Positions 1-11,111 of a DNA stretch of 64,000 nucleotides are shown piece after piece (the stretch's first letter is position 1; every line of letters starts with the position of its first letter). A program made the translations under genes and the position numbers. Source of the stretch: a virus. Location of the stretch: IMG/VR virus record IMGVR_UViG_3300008085_000023, positions 32,001 to 96,000 of that record. The stretch is one strand, 5' to 3'. The notes beneath the pieces were generated by a model. That model was not told the origin of the DNA. It worked only from the letters and a program-made list of their open reading frames with translations, and searched no databases.

Positions 1-253
1 GTTAAATTTAAACGCATTGTAGGAGTCCGATTGGAAATGCATTTTTGTAGTAGTTGCAATTTGCCATGCTCGGTGTCCAGTCATTTCGTCTCATCTCCAT
101 AAGCGCATGGGGCACAAGTTATAGCTCTTTTGGCTCCAATAAATTGCTTCTTGCAATTGAAGCATACACATACGTAATCACCGGGCGCCCAGGTGCCCTT
201 GTGTGGTCGAATGTCTTTCTTTGCATCCTCCCACCATGGTTTTACATTAGGCA

Positions 254-541
254 TTACATACACTCATCAATAAAAGTATTATGAACAGGTTTGCGAATAT
301 TTCGAAGGATGTTCATATTAATTGCATCCAATCGAAGTTTTTCTAGAAGTGGCCCCCTGATTAGAGGGGCTGCTTCTTCAGGTTCTAGTTCAAGCTCTTT
401 ACATACTTCAATTACGGCCTCTATCGTATTCATCTCTTCATAGCGAATATATTGAAGCACCTTGGTGATGAACGCAGCTTTCTTCTCACCTAGTCCCAAC
501 TCAAGCAATGCTTCAGCTTTTGTTTTAGCCGTATTTGACAT
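254..541 (-). CDS. gp33: late-transcription coactivator gp33-like
   Basis: IEAVIEVCKELELEPEEAAPLIRGPLLEKLRLDAINMNIL resembles T4-like gp33; 95 aa. Confidence 0.7.
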   Translation of the reverse strand: MSNTAKTKAEALLELGLGEKKAAFITKVLQYIRYEEMNTIEAVIEVCKELELEPEEAAPLIRGPLLEKLRLDAINMNILRNIRKPVHNTFIDECM

Positions 542-969
542 TACGCCTTAACCTTAGTCCCTTTCAAACGCTTTTGCGATACCTTATTAGCAAACGCATT
601 GAAGAACTCCAACACTGCCCTCGGATCCTGCTCAGTCCAGAGGCGGTAGTCATAGTTAGGATAGTACCCAACAATATTGGTGTCCTCAAAGGTATAAAGA
701 TCACATGTGTTCAGTCCCTTATGCAGAACTGCAACATCCATGACGCCATTTTCTTTGCGGAACATGATTGACGTCTTACCACGCCGGGTGTTAAAGATCC
801 ATCCGAAACCCAGGTCCTCACGGAAATTTGTGACCATGGTAAAACCACCGTTTGTGAGAATCTGAGTTATATCGCCTGTTCTGATGTCCATAGCTGCTGC
901 TATCCTTAATTTTGCCGATAGAACATGTGATGTCCTATCGTTGTTGTTGTTATCATTGCACTCGCCCAA
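541..969 (-). CDS. hypothetical protein
   Basis: 142 aa ORF in minus-strand gene run; start uncertain. Confidence 0.5.
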   Translation of the reverse strand: MGECNDNNNNDRTSHVLSAKLRIAAAMDIRTGDITQILTNGGFTMVTNFREDLGFGWIFNTRRGKTSIMFRKENGVMDVAVLHKGLNTCDLYTFEDTNIVGYYPNYDYRLWTEQDPRAVLEFFNAFANKVSQKRLKGTKVKA

Positions 970-1373
970 TAAGGGTTCACACTGATCGTATGATAGTGAG
1001 TCGCCCCTCCTGTGAGATTTGTAGTTGGCCCATTAATAGATATCGCTACGGCAGTAGCAAACTTCGGATGAGCCATAGCCTTTTCCAAAAGCTCTTTACG
1101 CTTAGTGATGTTATTCCAACATGAAAATTGCTTCCGCCGCATGCATTCTTGTGCTGGGGTTCGGCCGGACTGTTGGGCGCGATTGCTGATGACTTCATAT
1201 ACAGCAGGCATCGCCTTGGTCGATCGTTCGCCCCCAGCTTCTAGAATTAGAGTTGCAGCGATTACGATGTCGTCGGAAATAGTGGACAGATCAAACGCAA
1301 ATGATGTTGAACATATAAGCAGCATTGCTAGAATGAATGTATAACACTTCATACCTTCGTCCACATTGTCCAT
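906..1373 (-). CDS. SleB/CwlJ-like cell wall hydrolase (Hydrolase_2)
   Basis: Signal-like N-terminus; EAGGE, VISNR, QFSCWN, GATHYH, PYWA, IGHHMFY motifs. Confidence 0.85.
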   Translation of the reverse strand: MDNVDEGMKCYTFILAMLLICSTSFAFDLSTISDDIVIAATLILEAGGERSTKAMPAVYEVISNRAQQSGRTPAQECMRRKQFSCWNNITKRKELLEKAMAHPKFATAVAISINGPTTNLTGGATHYHTISVNPYWASAMITTTTIGHHMFYRQN

Positions 1374-1505
1374 CTCCCTCTTGAAATATATTCGCGCCTA
1401 CCGCAACCATCACACCATCTACGGTAAGAAACATCTCGCCAATACATCCACTTATGAAAACCAAACCGGCATAATATGTATTGTATAATCTGTTTCATTC
1501 TAGAT

Positions 1506-2024
1506 CTAATATACCATAGTATGTTGTATTTGTACACCCTTATTTTTCTGAGAGCAATGTGTACATATTTGTGGCGGTTGACGTTGTGTACTGAAGAAAC
1601 CACAGTATTGGCATGTCCGAGCGGCAGTGCGCTCAGCCATACTTATAGCGCCGTTGAAGATATCGATGACGCTTTTGACACTAAAGTTCTTGTAGGGTGT
1701 AATCAACATCGTGTCACCATTCTTAATCCACGTGTAACTGCCATCATCTTCAAGAATAAGCTTGGTCGGATCTACAGTGAAACCATTAGTGTGATACCGC
1801 AATCCGCCAAACTTCACTTTAATCTGTTGAACGATTATGTTGATGCCATAATTGTGACGTCGCTCTGATCTCATCAATTGCAAATCCAACAGAATAGGCC
1901 ACCAACCAAATCCAACACATTCTGTTGGATCTATGTCACCTTCAAACAGCACCGACTTTATCCGTGCACGTAATATTTCTTCACACTGCATTAGCGAATA
2001 ACCATGTCTTTGCAGCCTTAGCAA
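1506..2024 (-). CDS. conserved phage hypothetical protein
   Basis: GWWPIL, QIKVKFGGLRY, TCQYCG motifs. Confidence 0.6.
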   Translation of the reverse strand: MLRLQRHGYSLMQCEEILRARIKSVLFEGDIDPTECVGFGWWPILLDLQLMRSERRHNYGINIIVQQIKVKFGGLRYHTNGFTVDPTKLILEDDGSYTWIKNGDTMLITPYKNFSVKSVIDIFNGAISMAERTAARTCQYCGFFSTQRQPPQICTHCSQKNKGVQIQHTMVY

Positions 2025-2994
2025 CTGCAGAGCCTACTTCTTTCTTCTCGAGACCAGACGCCTGAATAACATCAGACTCTTCCTTAACGATATCTTCAAA
2101 CACCCAACGGATGAATGTGCCAATGTCCTTCTGTGTGAAGGCCTCGGGATCGCCATTAGTGATCTCGTGCATACCCTGGTTACAACGGTTGTCCGTTACA
2201 ACTGTAGTAACGAATTCCTTTATAGAATTCACCTTCTCAACATCAACTGCAGCGAGAGTTTTCACCTTAGATGTGCTATGCTTCTCACCCTTAACCTTAA
2301 ACCAAAAGCGTGAATGATTCCATTTAGGCTCAACAGGCGTCCAGACAATTCCTTCACCAATGCCATTAGCACCAAAAAATGCTGACACTGGACATTTAGC
2401 TTCGACGAGCTTTGTAAGCTCAGCTAACTGATTCTGAATTTCCTCAGGATTGTTGAAGTCAATAGTTGACCAGAATGTAGCAAAACGCGTATTGCTGTAG
2501 ATGCCAAGTTCTGGTAGGTCAATACATTCACGTTCAGACGGGCTAAGCCAACGATCGTTGTGCTTCACTGCGAAAATAACAAACATCTTATCAACCTGAT
2601 TGAGTGCAACGCCCTTTTGGATACTGCCCCCGCACCATTCACCAAAGACGGCAACAACGTTGTGGCCTTCAACGGGCCAAAGGTCTGGGAGTGTCTTTTG
2701 TAGTTCGGCAAGCTTAGGTTCCATGAATGCAGCGAAGCCTGCATTGTCATCTTTCCATGAGATTATACGCTTCCGAGATTGGATATGGCACTCATCATTG
2801 ATGAGATCAAACACTACTGCGGCGTTGGTTCCATGAAGCTTGACAGTGCCACGGTATGGAATAACAGGTTTAGGCTGAGTGTAATCAAGCACCTCATCGC
2901 CGTGAAACGTGGTACCGACGAATGCAGATGTCCGTTGGACTTCCTTAACTACATTACGAAACTGATTAATTTCTGGGAACTTAATGAATTCCAT
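1981..2994 (-). CDS. RNA ligase, Rnl2 family
   Basis: Nucleotidyltransferase motifs KLHGTN, FGEWCG, GEGIVW, FKVKG. Confidence 0.85.
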   Translation of the reverse strand: MEFIKFPEINQFRNVVKEVQRTSAFVGTTFHGDEVLDYTQPKPVIPYRGTVKLHGTNAAVVFDLINDECHIQSRKRIISWKDDNAGFAAFMEPKLAELQKTLPDLWPVEGHNVVAVFGEWCGGSIQKGVALNQVDKMFVIFAVKHNDRWLSPSERECIDLPELGIYSNTRFATFWSTIDFNNPEEIQNQLAELTKLVEAKCPVSAFFGANGIGEGIVWTPVEPKWNHSRFWFKVKGEKHSTSKVKTLAAVDVEKVNSIKEFVTTVVTDNRCNQGMHEITNGDPEAFTQKDIGTFIRWVFEDIVKEESDVIQASGLEKKEVGSAVAKAAKTWLFANAV

Positions 2995-3065
2995 GATTCT
3001 CCTTATTTTCTCTTTCTATTAAATGCATGGTACTAATATACCATAGTATGCGGTATTTGTACAGG

Positions 3066-3515
3066 TTAATATGGTCTAGGGTTAAGCTCAATGATGTTGA
3101 TATTACTTGCCTCGCTATAGTCACGACCTTCTCCAGCACAGATATAAGCTACCACTGCATGAGTGATCACTGGTTTATTACGAATATGCGTACACAATCC
3201 AGAAACGCAGCGCTCTAGAGACGCACCGGTGTCGATGAAGTCATCTAAGAAGATGTAATTGCCAAACTTACCCATGCTATTATCGCCGCTAATAACTCCA
3301 CCATGGCCTCGGCTTTTACCAACATGGATGTGGCACAGATCCCTTTCAAGCCTGAGCATAACACCCGCTGCGAGAATTGTCCCGCTGGATCCAGTTGATA
3401 CGAGACCGAGGATGTCATTCTCGGCAAGGATTAGCTTTACAGCTTTAACATAATAGGGAAGCACATTCTTAAGTGCGCGGGTTTCGTACAGAGTTGTTCC
3501 ATAATCTATATGCAT
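3066..3515 (-). CDS. phosphoribosyltransferase-fold protein
   Basis: PRPP-binding loop IFLDDFIDTGAS. Confidence 0.75.
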   Translation of the reverse strand: MHIDYGTTLYETRALKNVLPYYVKAVKLILAENDILGLVSTGSSGTILAAGVMLRLERDLCHIHVGKSRGHGGVISGDNSMGKFGNYIFLDDFIDTGASLERCVSGLCTHIRNKPVITHAVVAYICAGEGRDYSEASNINIIELNPRPY

Positions 3516-3591
3516 TGTGTCTTCCTTTGGTTATTCATTAACTACTGTATTATTATACTATAGTTGACAACAAATGTACACTATATTTTTT

Positions 3592-3975
3592 TCACTTGTC
3601 GTTAATCACATTACCGATGACTATAAAGCGTTTAGCTGTAATTGTATTGAGACCAATACCCGAAGCTGGATATTGCTTATTGCTGTTTTGAAACAGATGT
3701 AATTTATGATCTCTATCTGAACGACGAACAGTTCGCTGAGTGTTGCTATGATTATTCACCCGGCGTTCATATGGCGAACTCAAACATGCCTTTGTTTGTA
3801 AGACGTCACCTTCAAAAATCTCAGTTCCTTCTTTATCAAAGAATCCTGTAGATTCCTGAATAATGAATTCATCGGCGTTTAGCGCTTCAACGAGATATTG
3901 CTCAAGAAAATCCGGAATGGCCTTACGCGTGTCAGCCCAATATGCACGAAAATTAAAAATTCGGGATGTTTTCAT
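3592..3975 (-). CDS. YopX-family protein
   Basis: FRAYW...STGFFDKEGTEIFEGDVL...VIGNV. Confidence 0.75.
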   Translation of the reverse strand: MKTSRIFNFRAYWADTRKAIPDFLEQYLVEALNADEFIIQESTGFFDKEGTEIFEGDVLQTKACLSSPYERRVNNHSNTQRTVRRSDRDHKLHLFQNSNKQYPASGIGLNTITAKRFIVIGNVINDK

Positions 3976-4304
3976 GCCCCAGCGCTTTCGAACAAAACTT
4001 TATAATTGTCTGGGATTAGATCATTAGCGAGCAGCGTGCGATTAGGCCATTGCAATGCTCCTTTACGACCAGCTAGGCGTGGATAGTTGCTGCCCCAGCC
4101 ATAATCTTCAACACCCAAGACAGTAATAACGAAGCCAGAATCACAACTGTACTTCTTTTCCTTCGACTTAATCGCAACGACCTTACCAAATTTCAAAGCA
4201 GCGGAGCGCCCCATTAAATGGGCATAGACAATGAAGTCTCCAACCCGTACGATATTGCCACCTTTATCTAAGTAACTTTCTAGTTGCATATCATTTTTCG
4301 CCAT
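3972..4304 (-). CDS. hypothetical protein
   Basis: 110 aa ORF overlapping neighbours. Confidence 0.6.
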   Translation of the reverse strand: MAKNDMQLESYLDKGGNIVRVGDFIVYAHLMGRSAALKFGKVVAIKSKEKKYSCDSGFVITVLGVEDYGWGSNYPRLAGRKGALQWPNRTLLANDLIPDNYKVLFESAGA

Positions 4305-4737
4305 TTTGTATTTCCTTTATGTGTTTGCATGCTTTCTTGCGAAATTTGTATTGAGCACACGTGCATGTGTAATTTCCGCTGCCAAGATTATTGACAGTAT
4401 AGACATCACCTTTTGATCCTGTGACTTCCCATTGAGTTGTAATTTCATCTTGAGCAACCCCATCAATTGACGCAATGTTCTTTCGCTGCACCAATTCAAT
4501 AACAGATGATTGACCATCTAACCGCATTACACGATAATAGTGATCGGAATCAAACCCAGGAAGTTCACGCCAGGGAAGGGTAATTCCAGGAAATGCTTCA
4601 CCTACTCGCTTAACATATGGTGTGATCACGTCCTTAGTGACAAAGATATGTAGATCAGAGAGTGTAACTCCCTCTAAATATATGGTTTGCTCAGTTATAA
4701 GCTTATCACAAAGTTGTTGGCGACTCCTTTTCATCAT
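4291..4737 (-). CDS. SWIM zinc-finger protein
   Basis: VTGSKGDVYTV...CTCAQYKFRKKACKHI. Confidence 0.8.
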   Translation of the reverse strand: MMKRSRQQLCDKLITEQTIYLEGVTLSDLHIFVTKDVITPYVKRVGEAFPGITLPWRELPGFDSDHYYRVMRLDGQSSVIELVQRKNIASIDGVAQDEITTQWEVTGSKGDVYTVNNLGSGNYTCTCAQYKFRKKACKHIKEIQNGEK

Positions 4738-4970
4738 ACATTCAAATTGCTTTCATCTATAGCGCCTTCAATGCACTGTAAAGTCGTCGGATCGTACTTT
4801 TGACCAAGGCCTGGCCCAATACCCATCCCACACTTCTCAAAACATGTAGGACACATCAATGCCCAGGGTCCTGCAATAGTTTTGCCATCGACGAAAAACT
4901 CGACGATATGGGGCTTCAGCGGCCCATCACATATATCGCATAGTTCATGCTCACTTAGCCACTTGCCCAT
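4734..4970 (-). CDS. small Cys-rich hypothetical protein
   Basis: CDIC...GPWALMCPTC...GLGQKY; RBS upstream. Confidence 0.6.
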   Translation of the reverse strand: MGKWLSEHELCDICDGPLKPHIVEFFVDGKTIAGPWALMCPTCFEKCGMGIGPGLGQKYDPTTLQCIEGAIDESNLNV

Positions 4971-5014
4971 TGTATCTCCTTCACTTACTCATTAATAACA
5001 TCAACACCAAAAAT

Positions 5015-5320
5015 AGAGGGGCTGCTGCCGGCTTGTAACGGCGAGTTAAAAAGACCCGAACCCCCAAGGTCTACCCGCTTGATATCGTGCACTTTACTGC
5101 ATCAACGTGAATCAGAAGCCCCACTGTTACAAGAGGGTTGAGCAAAGCTGTAATAGGATTCGAACCTATATCTGTCCGGACAAACTGTCCGCTGTGATTA
5201 CCATTACACCACACCGCTCATCGCGCCTTGAAGCTTGCTGGCTTCGCTGGCTGATGTCTTCCTGCTTCGGTATTTCTGGGCAGCAACCCTTACTCTCACC
5301 TCAGCGCTTCTTCTCACATC
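5015..5320 (-). ncRNA. putative structured ncRNA with embedded tRNA-like domain (copy A)
   Basis: Non-coding, downstream of early promoter and boxA-like TGATCTTTGAAA (5324-5335); tRNA-like domain 5146-5218; shares hairpin motif with 11437-11695. Confidence 0.6.
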
Positions 5321-5351
5321 AAATTTCAAAGATCAATTGCTTGATAAAACC

Positions 5352-5680
5352 ATTATACACCAGCTTTTTTAGCATGTACACCATTATATTCAATTATTTT
5401 CACCTGAAAAGCTAAGTCGGGCTCGATTAAGGACTTATGCTGAAAAATAGTTTTCGTGATGGTCCGAAAACGGTTGTAGAGATGGTAGAGATGGCTCCCA
5501 CGTGGTAGGAAGCCTCTCCACGTATTACGTACAGGCTGGCTCCTGAGTCACTCTAGAATGCATTGGACTCTCGGGTGTATGTTTACCCTCGTAAAACTGC
5601 AGAAACACTCCTGAATGCATCTCTAATCACGGAGCCCGATATCCGGACGACTTGGGAGACGACCCGAAACTTATTGACAA
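5352..5680 (-). repeat. early promoter plus extended intergenic module
   Basis: TGTACA-N17-TATAAT, TAAGT-N15-ACTTA, GAGTCACTCT hairpin element. Confidence 0.7.
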
Positions 5681-5937
5681 TCTACAGCGGAATAGCTCCA
5701 CCGAATTGTTCTACAATGTGTTTATTCATATGACACATAGCTTCAATGATAGTGGGATTATATATACCACGACCTAGGCGCATCACCTTACCCATTGCAT
5801 ATTTTATACGTTGATCATATGAATCATAGCTTTCCATATTATGTATCATGCAATAACCAACCATGCTATCATGGATTACAGTAGCAATATCTATGATACT
5901 ATATCTGTTAAACGATTCTTCAGACATTTAAGTTCCT

Positions 5938-6231
5938 TTAGAAAATGGTGGGTGCCGAAGGAATAACCATCCAATGAGTTAGCGTATCTCCCAGCCAGCA
6001 CTCGTCTCTTCCCTCGTCTCTCCAAAACCATTCACGCGTATCGGCCTCATACCAGACAATCCTAGCGCGATAACCATCCCACCCCATTACTTCGTCTGCG
6101 TTGGGCGGGAGTCGTTCGCAGCAAGGCACCCAACAATCACTTTGACCCGTACAGGAGGAAGTCGGTTTAGGTGGTGGCGGTGGCAGTTTGTTTTTCTCTG
6201 GCGCGTAGCTTCCGTATATCTCTAATTTCAT
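5938..6231 (-). CDS. DUF551-like protein
   Basis: WVPCCERLP...THWM. Confidence 0.6.
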   Translation of the reverse strand: MKLEIYGSYAPEKNKLPPPPPKPTSSCTGQSDCWVPCCERLPPNADEVMGWDGYRARIVWYEADTREWFWRDEGRDECWLGDTLTHWMVIPSAPTIF

Positions 6232-6751
6232 TTCACATTCAACGCTAATACCATATCCTCTCGGATCTCTTCAGCAGCTTCCCGTCGAGCCTGCTTCTTC
6301 CAATAACGCCGGGTCTTCTGCTTACCGACTGAACGAATAACGTGGCCGGATCGAGTGGCCAGACCATAATGCCGAATATCTTCAACATCGGGCCATTCAA
6401 CACCATCTTCCCGCGGGATACCATATGCTTTCATAACTTCATTCTCCTAGAATGTGGCGGTGGCAGCCGTAATCTTCTTCCCGAGCAGAGCGCTCAGGCC
6501 TTCATTCACAGCGTTGGCCATGGCTTGGTTCATATCACCAAACCCATACTGCCGGTGCTTTTCATTTGCCACAGCGATCGCCTCGGCCTTCCGTAGACGG
6601 AAGCGATATTCACCCAACGATTCACCTTCTAACATCTTCATATCCGTGACGCATCCTGTATTAGTACGTTCCCAATTACAGCCAGCACCTTCAGCACTGT
6701 TTGCCCGATCTCTCTGCTTTGTTCGTTCATTATATTACTTCCTCTGATATT

Positions 6752-7000
6752 ATTATAAACCAGTTTCTGCAGCTTGTACACCATTATTTTCATTTATTTT
6801 CGGCTAAAAAGCTAAGGTCCAGCTTATCAAGCACTTATGCTGAAAAATAGTTTGTGGGCAGTAATAACGATGGTAGAGTAGATGTGTAAGTGGTTGATAC
6901 GCGGATGGCTCCTGAGTCACTCTTCAGGCCATTTTGCCCTTTTTGAAGGTAAATATACATCCTACGACTCAAAATGCTCTCAGGAGTGATTCCGGACTGC
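6752..7000 (-). repeat. early promoter plus extended intergenic module
   Basis: Near-copy of the 5352-5460 block; TATCAAGCACTTA IHF-like site; GGCTCCTGAGTCACTCT shared with 5538. Confidence 0.7.
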
Positions 7001-7341
7001 AGATTTGACTGTAGAGAGATTCTTAAGCTAGCATGCTAAAACACCAACGATAACCACGATCATGTGGGCCTTTATCGGTCGTGCCGGCAGGATTAAATAT
7101 ACAACCATCGTTACGAAACATGCTCACATAATATTCATATGGTTCTACACGGCGAGGCTAACGAAATTTGAGGGGTGGGATAAAGCCGTTAAGTTGATCT
7201 TTACGCGAGAAACGGATGGCTGATATGCATGTGCTAATAATATTTTGATGATAGTTAATCTTTTCATGCTCTAATAAACAGTAGTGTTGTTGTATACATT
7301 ATCTCGTCATCCTTTATGTTTTGAATCTAACATTGAGAAGA

Positions 7342-7707
7342 TCACACCCAAAAGTGGTATCTCCTGCACTTGGCGCAGGATTGACCTATAGGCACACCAT
7401 GTTGACATTGACCAGAGTATGGCCGATCAATAGCGTCCTTCTCCAAGGGTGCATCCACCTTTTGAGGCGGTGAACTTTGCTCGGCCGCTGTTTGGATAAT
7501 AGCCCTAAGCCGAACAATTTCAGCATTGGCTTCTGCAACAATCTTATCATAGTATTCTGTAGAGACGGTGTTGAGCTCAAGCAGTTGATAGTCGTGATAA
7601 CTGACGTACGTACCATTCAGATTATCAACAAACATACACGCTCTGCTGTCGTCCACGGGATCCACATGTGGATCGTATCTTAATACCATAACGTCGATAT
7701 CACTCAT
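7342..7707 (-). CDS. hypothetical protein
   Basis: 121 aa ORF directly after early promoter 7739-7769. Confidence 0.6.
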   Translation of the reverse strand: MSDIDVMVLRYDPHVDPVDDSRACMFVDNLNGTYVSYHDYQLLELNTVSTEYYDKIVAEANAEIVRLRAIIQTAAEQSSPPQKVDAPLEKDAIDRPYSGQCQHGVPIGQSCAKCRRYHFWV

Positions 7708-7754
7708 AATAATTTCCTATTCTTAACTTCATAGAATTATTATACCATGGTTTG

Positions 7755-8609
7755 TCAAATTTGTACACCGTTATTTTTATAGGCATTGAGATACCCCTCG
7801 ACAATGAAGTATTCCTTTGAGAGTGTCCCATCCGTAAAGTAGTTGAATGAATTGACGGATGTTTCGACTGTCCTCCAAAAGTTTACTTCCTTGCCGTAGA
7901 TATTGAACACTTCAGCGCTATAAAAATCAGCAATCTTTTTATGTGTCTTTATGAACTCGGTATAGAAGCTTTCATACAGGTCGATATCCTGCTGCAACTC
8001 TTCTTGACGAGTGTCTGTAGAGATCCGACGAACATGAATGTATTTGACGTTATCGAATTTAGAAATATACTTCACCAACTCATCAAACTCAACGACGTTA
8101 TAACGGTTCAGTACAATAGAGACACGTACGTTATCTCCGCTCCTGGGTATAATATAATCCCAATCAGGTATATCACTTCGACCCATAATCTTTTTGTTAG
8201 TCTCGGGATTCAGACTGTGAATGGAATACCCAATCTCATCCTGCATTAGATCGATGAGGCACATCTTCTCCTGCGCTAAATATCCATTCGTTCGAACACC
8301 AACTGTAAAGCCATAGTGTTGAAGGTGGATCAACAAAGACCTAAGATGCTCGGACTTATATTGTAGTCCGTCAGCAGTCTGACCGGTGAGATATAATTTC
8401 GTTATGCCGTTCTTAGCACACTCTGACAGAAACTCATTGAAGTTTTTCCATTGCGTCCATGGGACATCCAATTGGTTCTTCCCTGCGAGCTCATTACAGA
8501 TATCCTTGCCGAGGCAAAAGTAGCAATTTGCATTGCATTGGCCCAGTAGGTTAATGTTTGCAAACGTTGGCGCTTTACGATTTCGATTCTTTTTGATTTC
8601 AATTTTCAT
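7755..8609 (-). CDS. radical SAM protein
   Basis: CNANCYFC (CxxxCxxC), LTG, RTNGYL. Confidence 0.85.
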   Translation of the reverse strand: MKIEIKKNRNRKAPTFANINLLGQCNANCYFCLGKDICNELAGKNQLDVPWTQWKNFNEFLSECAKNGITKLYLTGQTADGLQYKSEHLRSLLIHLQHYGFTVGVRTNGYLAQEKMCLIDLMQDEIGYSIHSLNPETNKKIMGRSDIPDWDYIIPRSGDNVRVSIVLNRYNVVEFDELVKYISKFDNVKYIHVRRISTDTRQEELQQDIDLYESFYTEFIKTHKKIADFYSAEVFNIYGKEVNFWRTVETSVNSFNYFTDGTLSKEYFIVEGYLNAYKNNGVQI

Positions 8610-9831
8610 ATTAGTGCTTATATAAAGTGTAGAATGAATTCTTCGTCTTAAAACGAATATGATCGTTAGTAATTTCTAAGATCTCTGTGATTACCGTTGT
8701 GCACCACCAGTCCCTAGATGAAAACATCCCACCTGTAACTGTACCAATATATAATCCGAATCCCAAAAGCGATTCGGGATTTCCATCCCAACTATGCATA
8801 CTATCGCTCAGGTTCGCTGGTATAAGATTTAAGACAGAACCATAGTGTCCTTCGCCATCGCGATCTCTAACTAATCTTGCCATCACTCATCTCTTTCAAT
8901 ATTTCGTATAGTGATTTAACTTCAAAAAGTAAGAACAATTCGTGAGGCTTCACTCCCGGATGTTTCGACGATAGATACGTATTAGCATTACGCTTTCGAG
9001 TAAAACACAGTTCAGGATATACCAGCTTTTGTGTTGTTCGATTAACAATTAACCATTTATCCTTTGTGCACACTTTCATTTTACGAGACCCGTTGTGTAT
9101 AGTTGTAGTAGAGAGTCACTCCAATAGCCCACATGACACTGATGACCGGATTAATGTATATACACACCAACATCATGGCGAGTGTCTCAGGAGTGAACTG
9201 GAGAGCCGCCGTAGCGATTCGATATGCGAGTAATTGCAGCTTATTCATGTTTTTCTTTCTGTTGTTTGTAGATTACCAGGATTCAGAGACCATGGGTTCT
9301 TTGCCTAAGGCGTTCGTTATGTCAGCCAATAATTCGTATACGATACCACGATCAATGGGGATTCGTTCATGAGCCTCATTAATTGTCCACGCTTCTTTAG
9401 GTGTAATCACATGCAGCACACTATGAATTGTAGCGCTGAAGCACTTGGGAGTGTCTGAATAGATATCCATTACAGAGCCGCCTTCTTCTGATTAATGTGG
9501 TAACATGCCGGAACCATCTGCTCAAGAGAGCGGAAGAATGCTGACGCAGTATCTCCATTGGCGATGCATTTCTGCATGCGTTCCACGATCTGGCGAGTTG
9601 TCATTTTCTTGGTCTTCATAGTTTTCTCCTACAGGTTAAACGCTTTCTTCAGCGCCGCTATTATTTCAATAGCTTTTTCTTTATCAACGTCAACAGACGT
9701 CTCAGTATCAGAACTGTAATGATCACATGCGTGTTCAGTGAATTCAAAATATGCATGATTATCGAAACGTTCCCAAATATCAATTGACAGTTTCAGTGTG
9801 CTTCCAATATCGACTTCGTTTTGTTCATTGG

Positions 9832-10155
9832 TCATATTGACCTCCGTTTTGCAGCATTGATAACTGCGGTAATTCTGTGGCGGCCGATCGGATTTGCCGA
9901 GTGGCAAAATGTTCCATCCTTGGGCCAGACATTATTCTCTTCCATCCAACATGCTACGATATAGCCCGTGTCATCGCCGCCGAGGTCATGGTCAAGTGAG
10001 CACTCAATAACATTCTGTGTTTTGAGAATCTCAATTGCCTCAGCGCTAGTCTTAGCGACAACCCAATCCCGAAGTCCAGAAAACACTGGATTGCGGATAT
10101 CATCCACGTATAGCCGTATTGGAGCTGTATTAGTTTTATTAACTTTAAAATTCAT
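9832..10155 (-). CDS. cyclic-phosphate-processing receiver-like domain protein
   Basis: LYVDDIR, SLDHDLG, DTGY, HSANP.G motifs; start moved to MNFKV after promoter. Confidence 0.7.
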   Translation of the reverse strand: MNFKVNKTNTAPIRLYVDDIRNPVFSGLRDWVVAKTSAEAIEILKTQNVIECSLDHDLGGDDTGYIVACWMEENNVWPKDGTFCHSANPIGRHRITAVINAAKRRSI

Positions 10156-10787
10156 AGAATTATTATACCACACTTTCTAAATTCTGTACACCATTATTTT
10201 AACTCTACAGAAAGGCGTCAAATACGCGATTTAGAGTTGTCGTCGCTTGATCCTGATCGCGATCACAACTAAGGATCTCAAAATCGGGATACATGTCTAC
10301 GTCCTCGCCATCCCGGCGCCAACCTTTAAGCAGGTGAGCAGCTGCTGATTTGTGACCGGCGAAATAATCCTCTGCAGCCGAGACTGCACCATTGATGCTA
10401 TACGTCAGAACGCTGTGCTCGAGCCAACGACATCCTGTCGTAGTTTCATGAAAGAAGATAACCTCGATGTTATTCGGTTCTGATAGTACGCTCATTATAT
10501 GCTCCTGATTTCGCGAATAATGCCCTGGAAGTGCCACATAAAACGACGATCCTTTTTATATGCTAGGACATGTAGCATGGTCCGCCCGAATCTTGACGAT
10601 GCGAATTGTAATTGGCGATCGATACTCATGTTACGACTTCTTTACTTCTTCAGCCATACGCCGGGCATTCCGATGGATCTTGTTGGCCAAGGCCCGATCT
10701 TCCTGGGCCATCTTGTCAAGCTGCTTCTTCCATTGATTCGTCTTCATACTGTATCCCTTTGCTGTTACCGTTATTCCTCTGATATCA

Positions 10788-11035
10788 TTATAAACCAGTT
10801 CTCAGTAAAAGTACACCATTATTTTTCAGTTTTTAGCACTTTTTTGTTAAGTAGGGCTCCAGAAGGGACTTACACAATCACTTATTTTCGCGAAAAAAGG
10901 CCCTCAAGTGGTCCTGAATGAACACTGCATCTAAAATAGGGTTAAATTACACTAAATCAGGTACTTATGCATTCAGGACCACTTGAGGGCCTCGATTTGC
11001 CGTCAAATCGGTAGTTGTAGTTGTAGTTGTGGTTG
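10788..11035 (-). repeat. early promoter plus extended intergenic module with 23-bp inverted repeat
   Basis: Promoter, TAAGT-N15-ACTTA, perfect IR 10898-10920/10970-10992, (GTAGTT)n. Confidence 0.75.
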
Positions 11036-11111
11036 TGGTAGGCTTAGTGGGAGTCGAACCCACGACCTGCAGAGTAGGAATCTGCTGCTCTGTCCTCTGA
11101 GCTATAAGCCT
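11036..11111 (-). tRNA. tRNA-Arg(CCT)
   Basis: Cloverleaf, GCAGA-TTCCTAC-TCTGC, CCA encoded. Confidence 0.95.

Noticed and set aside
5015-5320. tmRNA, T-box or lysine riboswitch
   Set aside because: No tmRNA acceptor/CCA or tag ORF, no T-box antiterminator consensus; only a partial loop-E resemblance to the lysine riboswitch.
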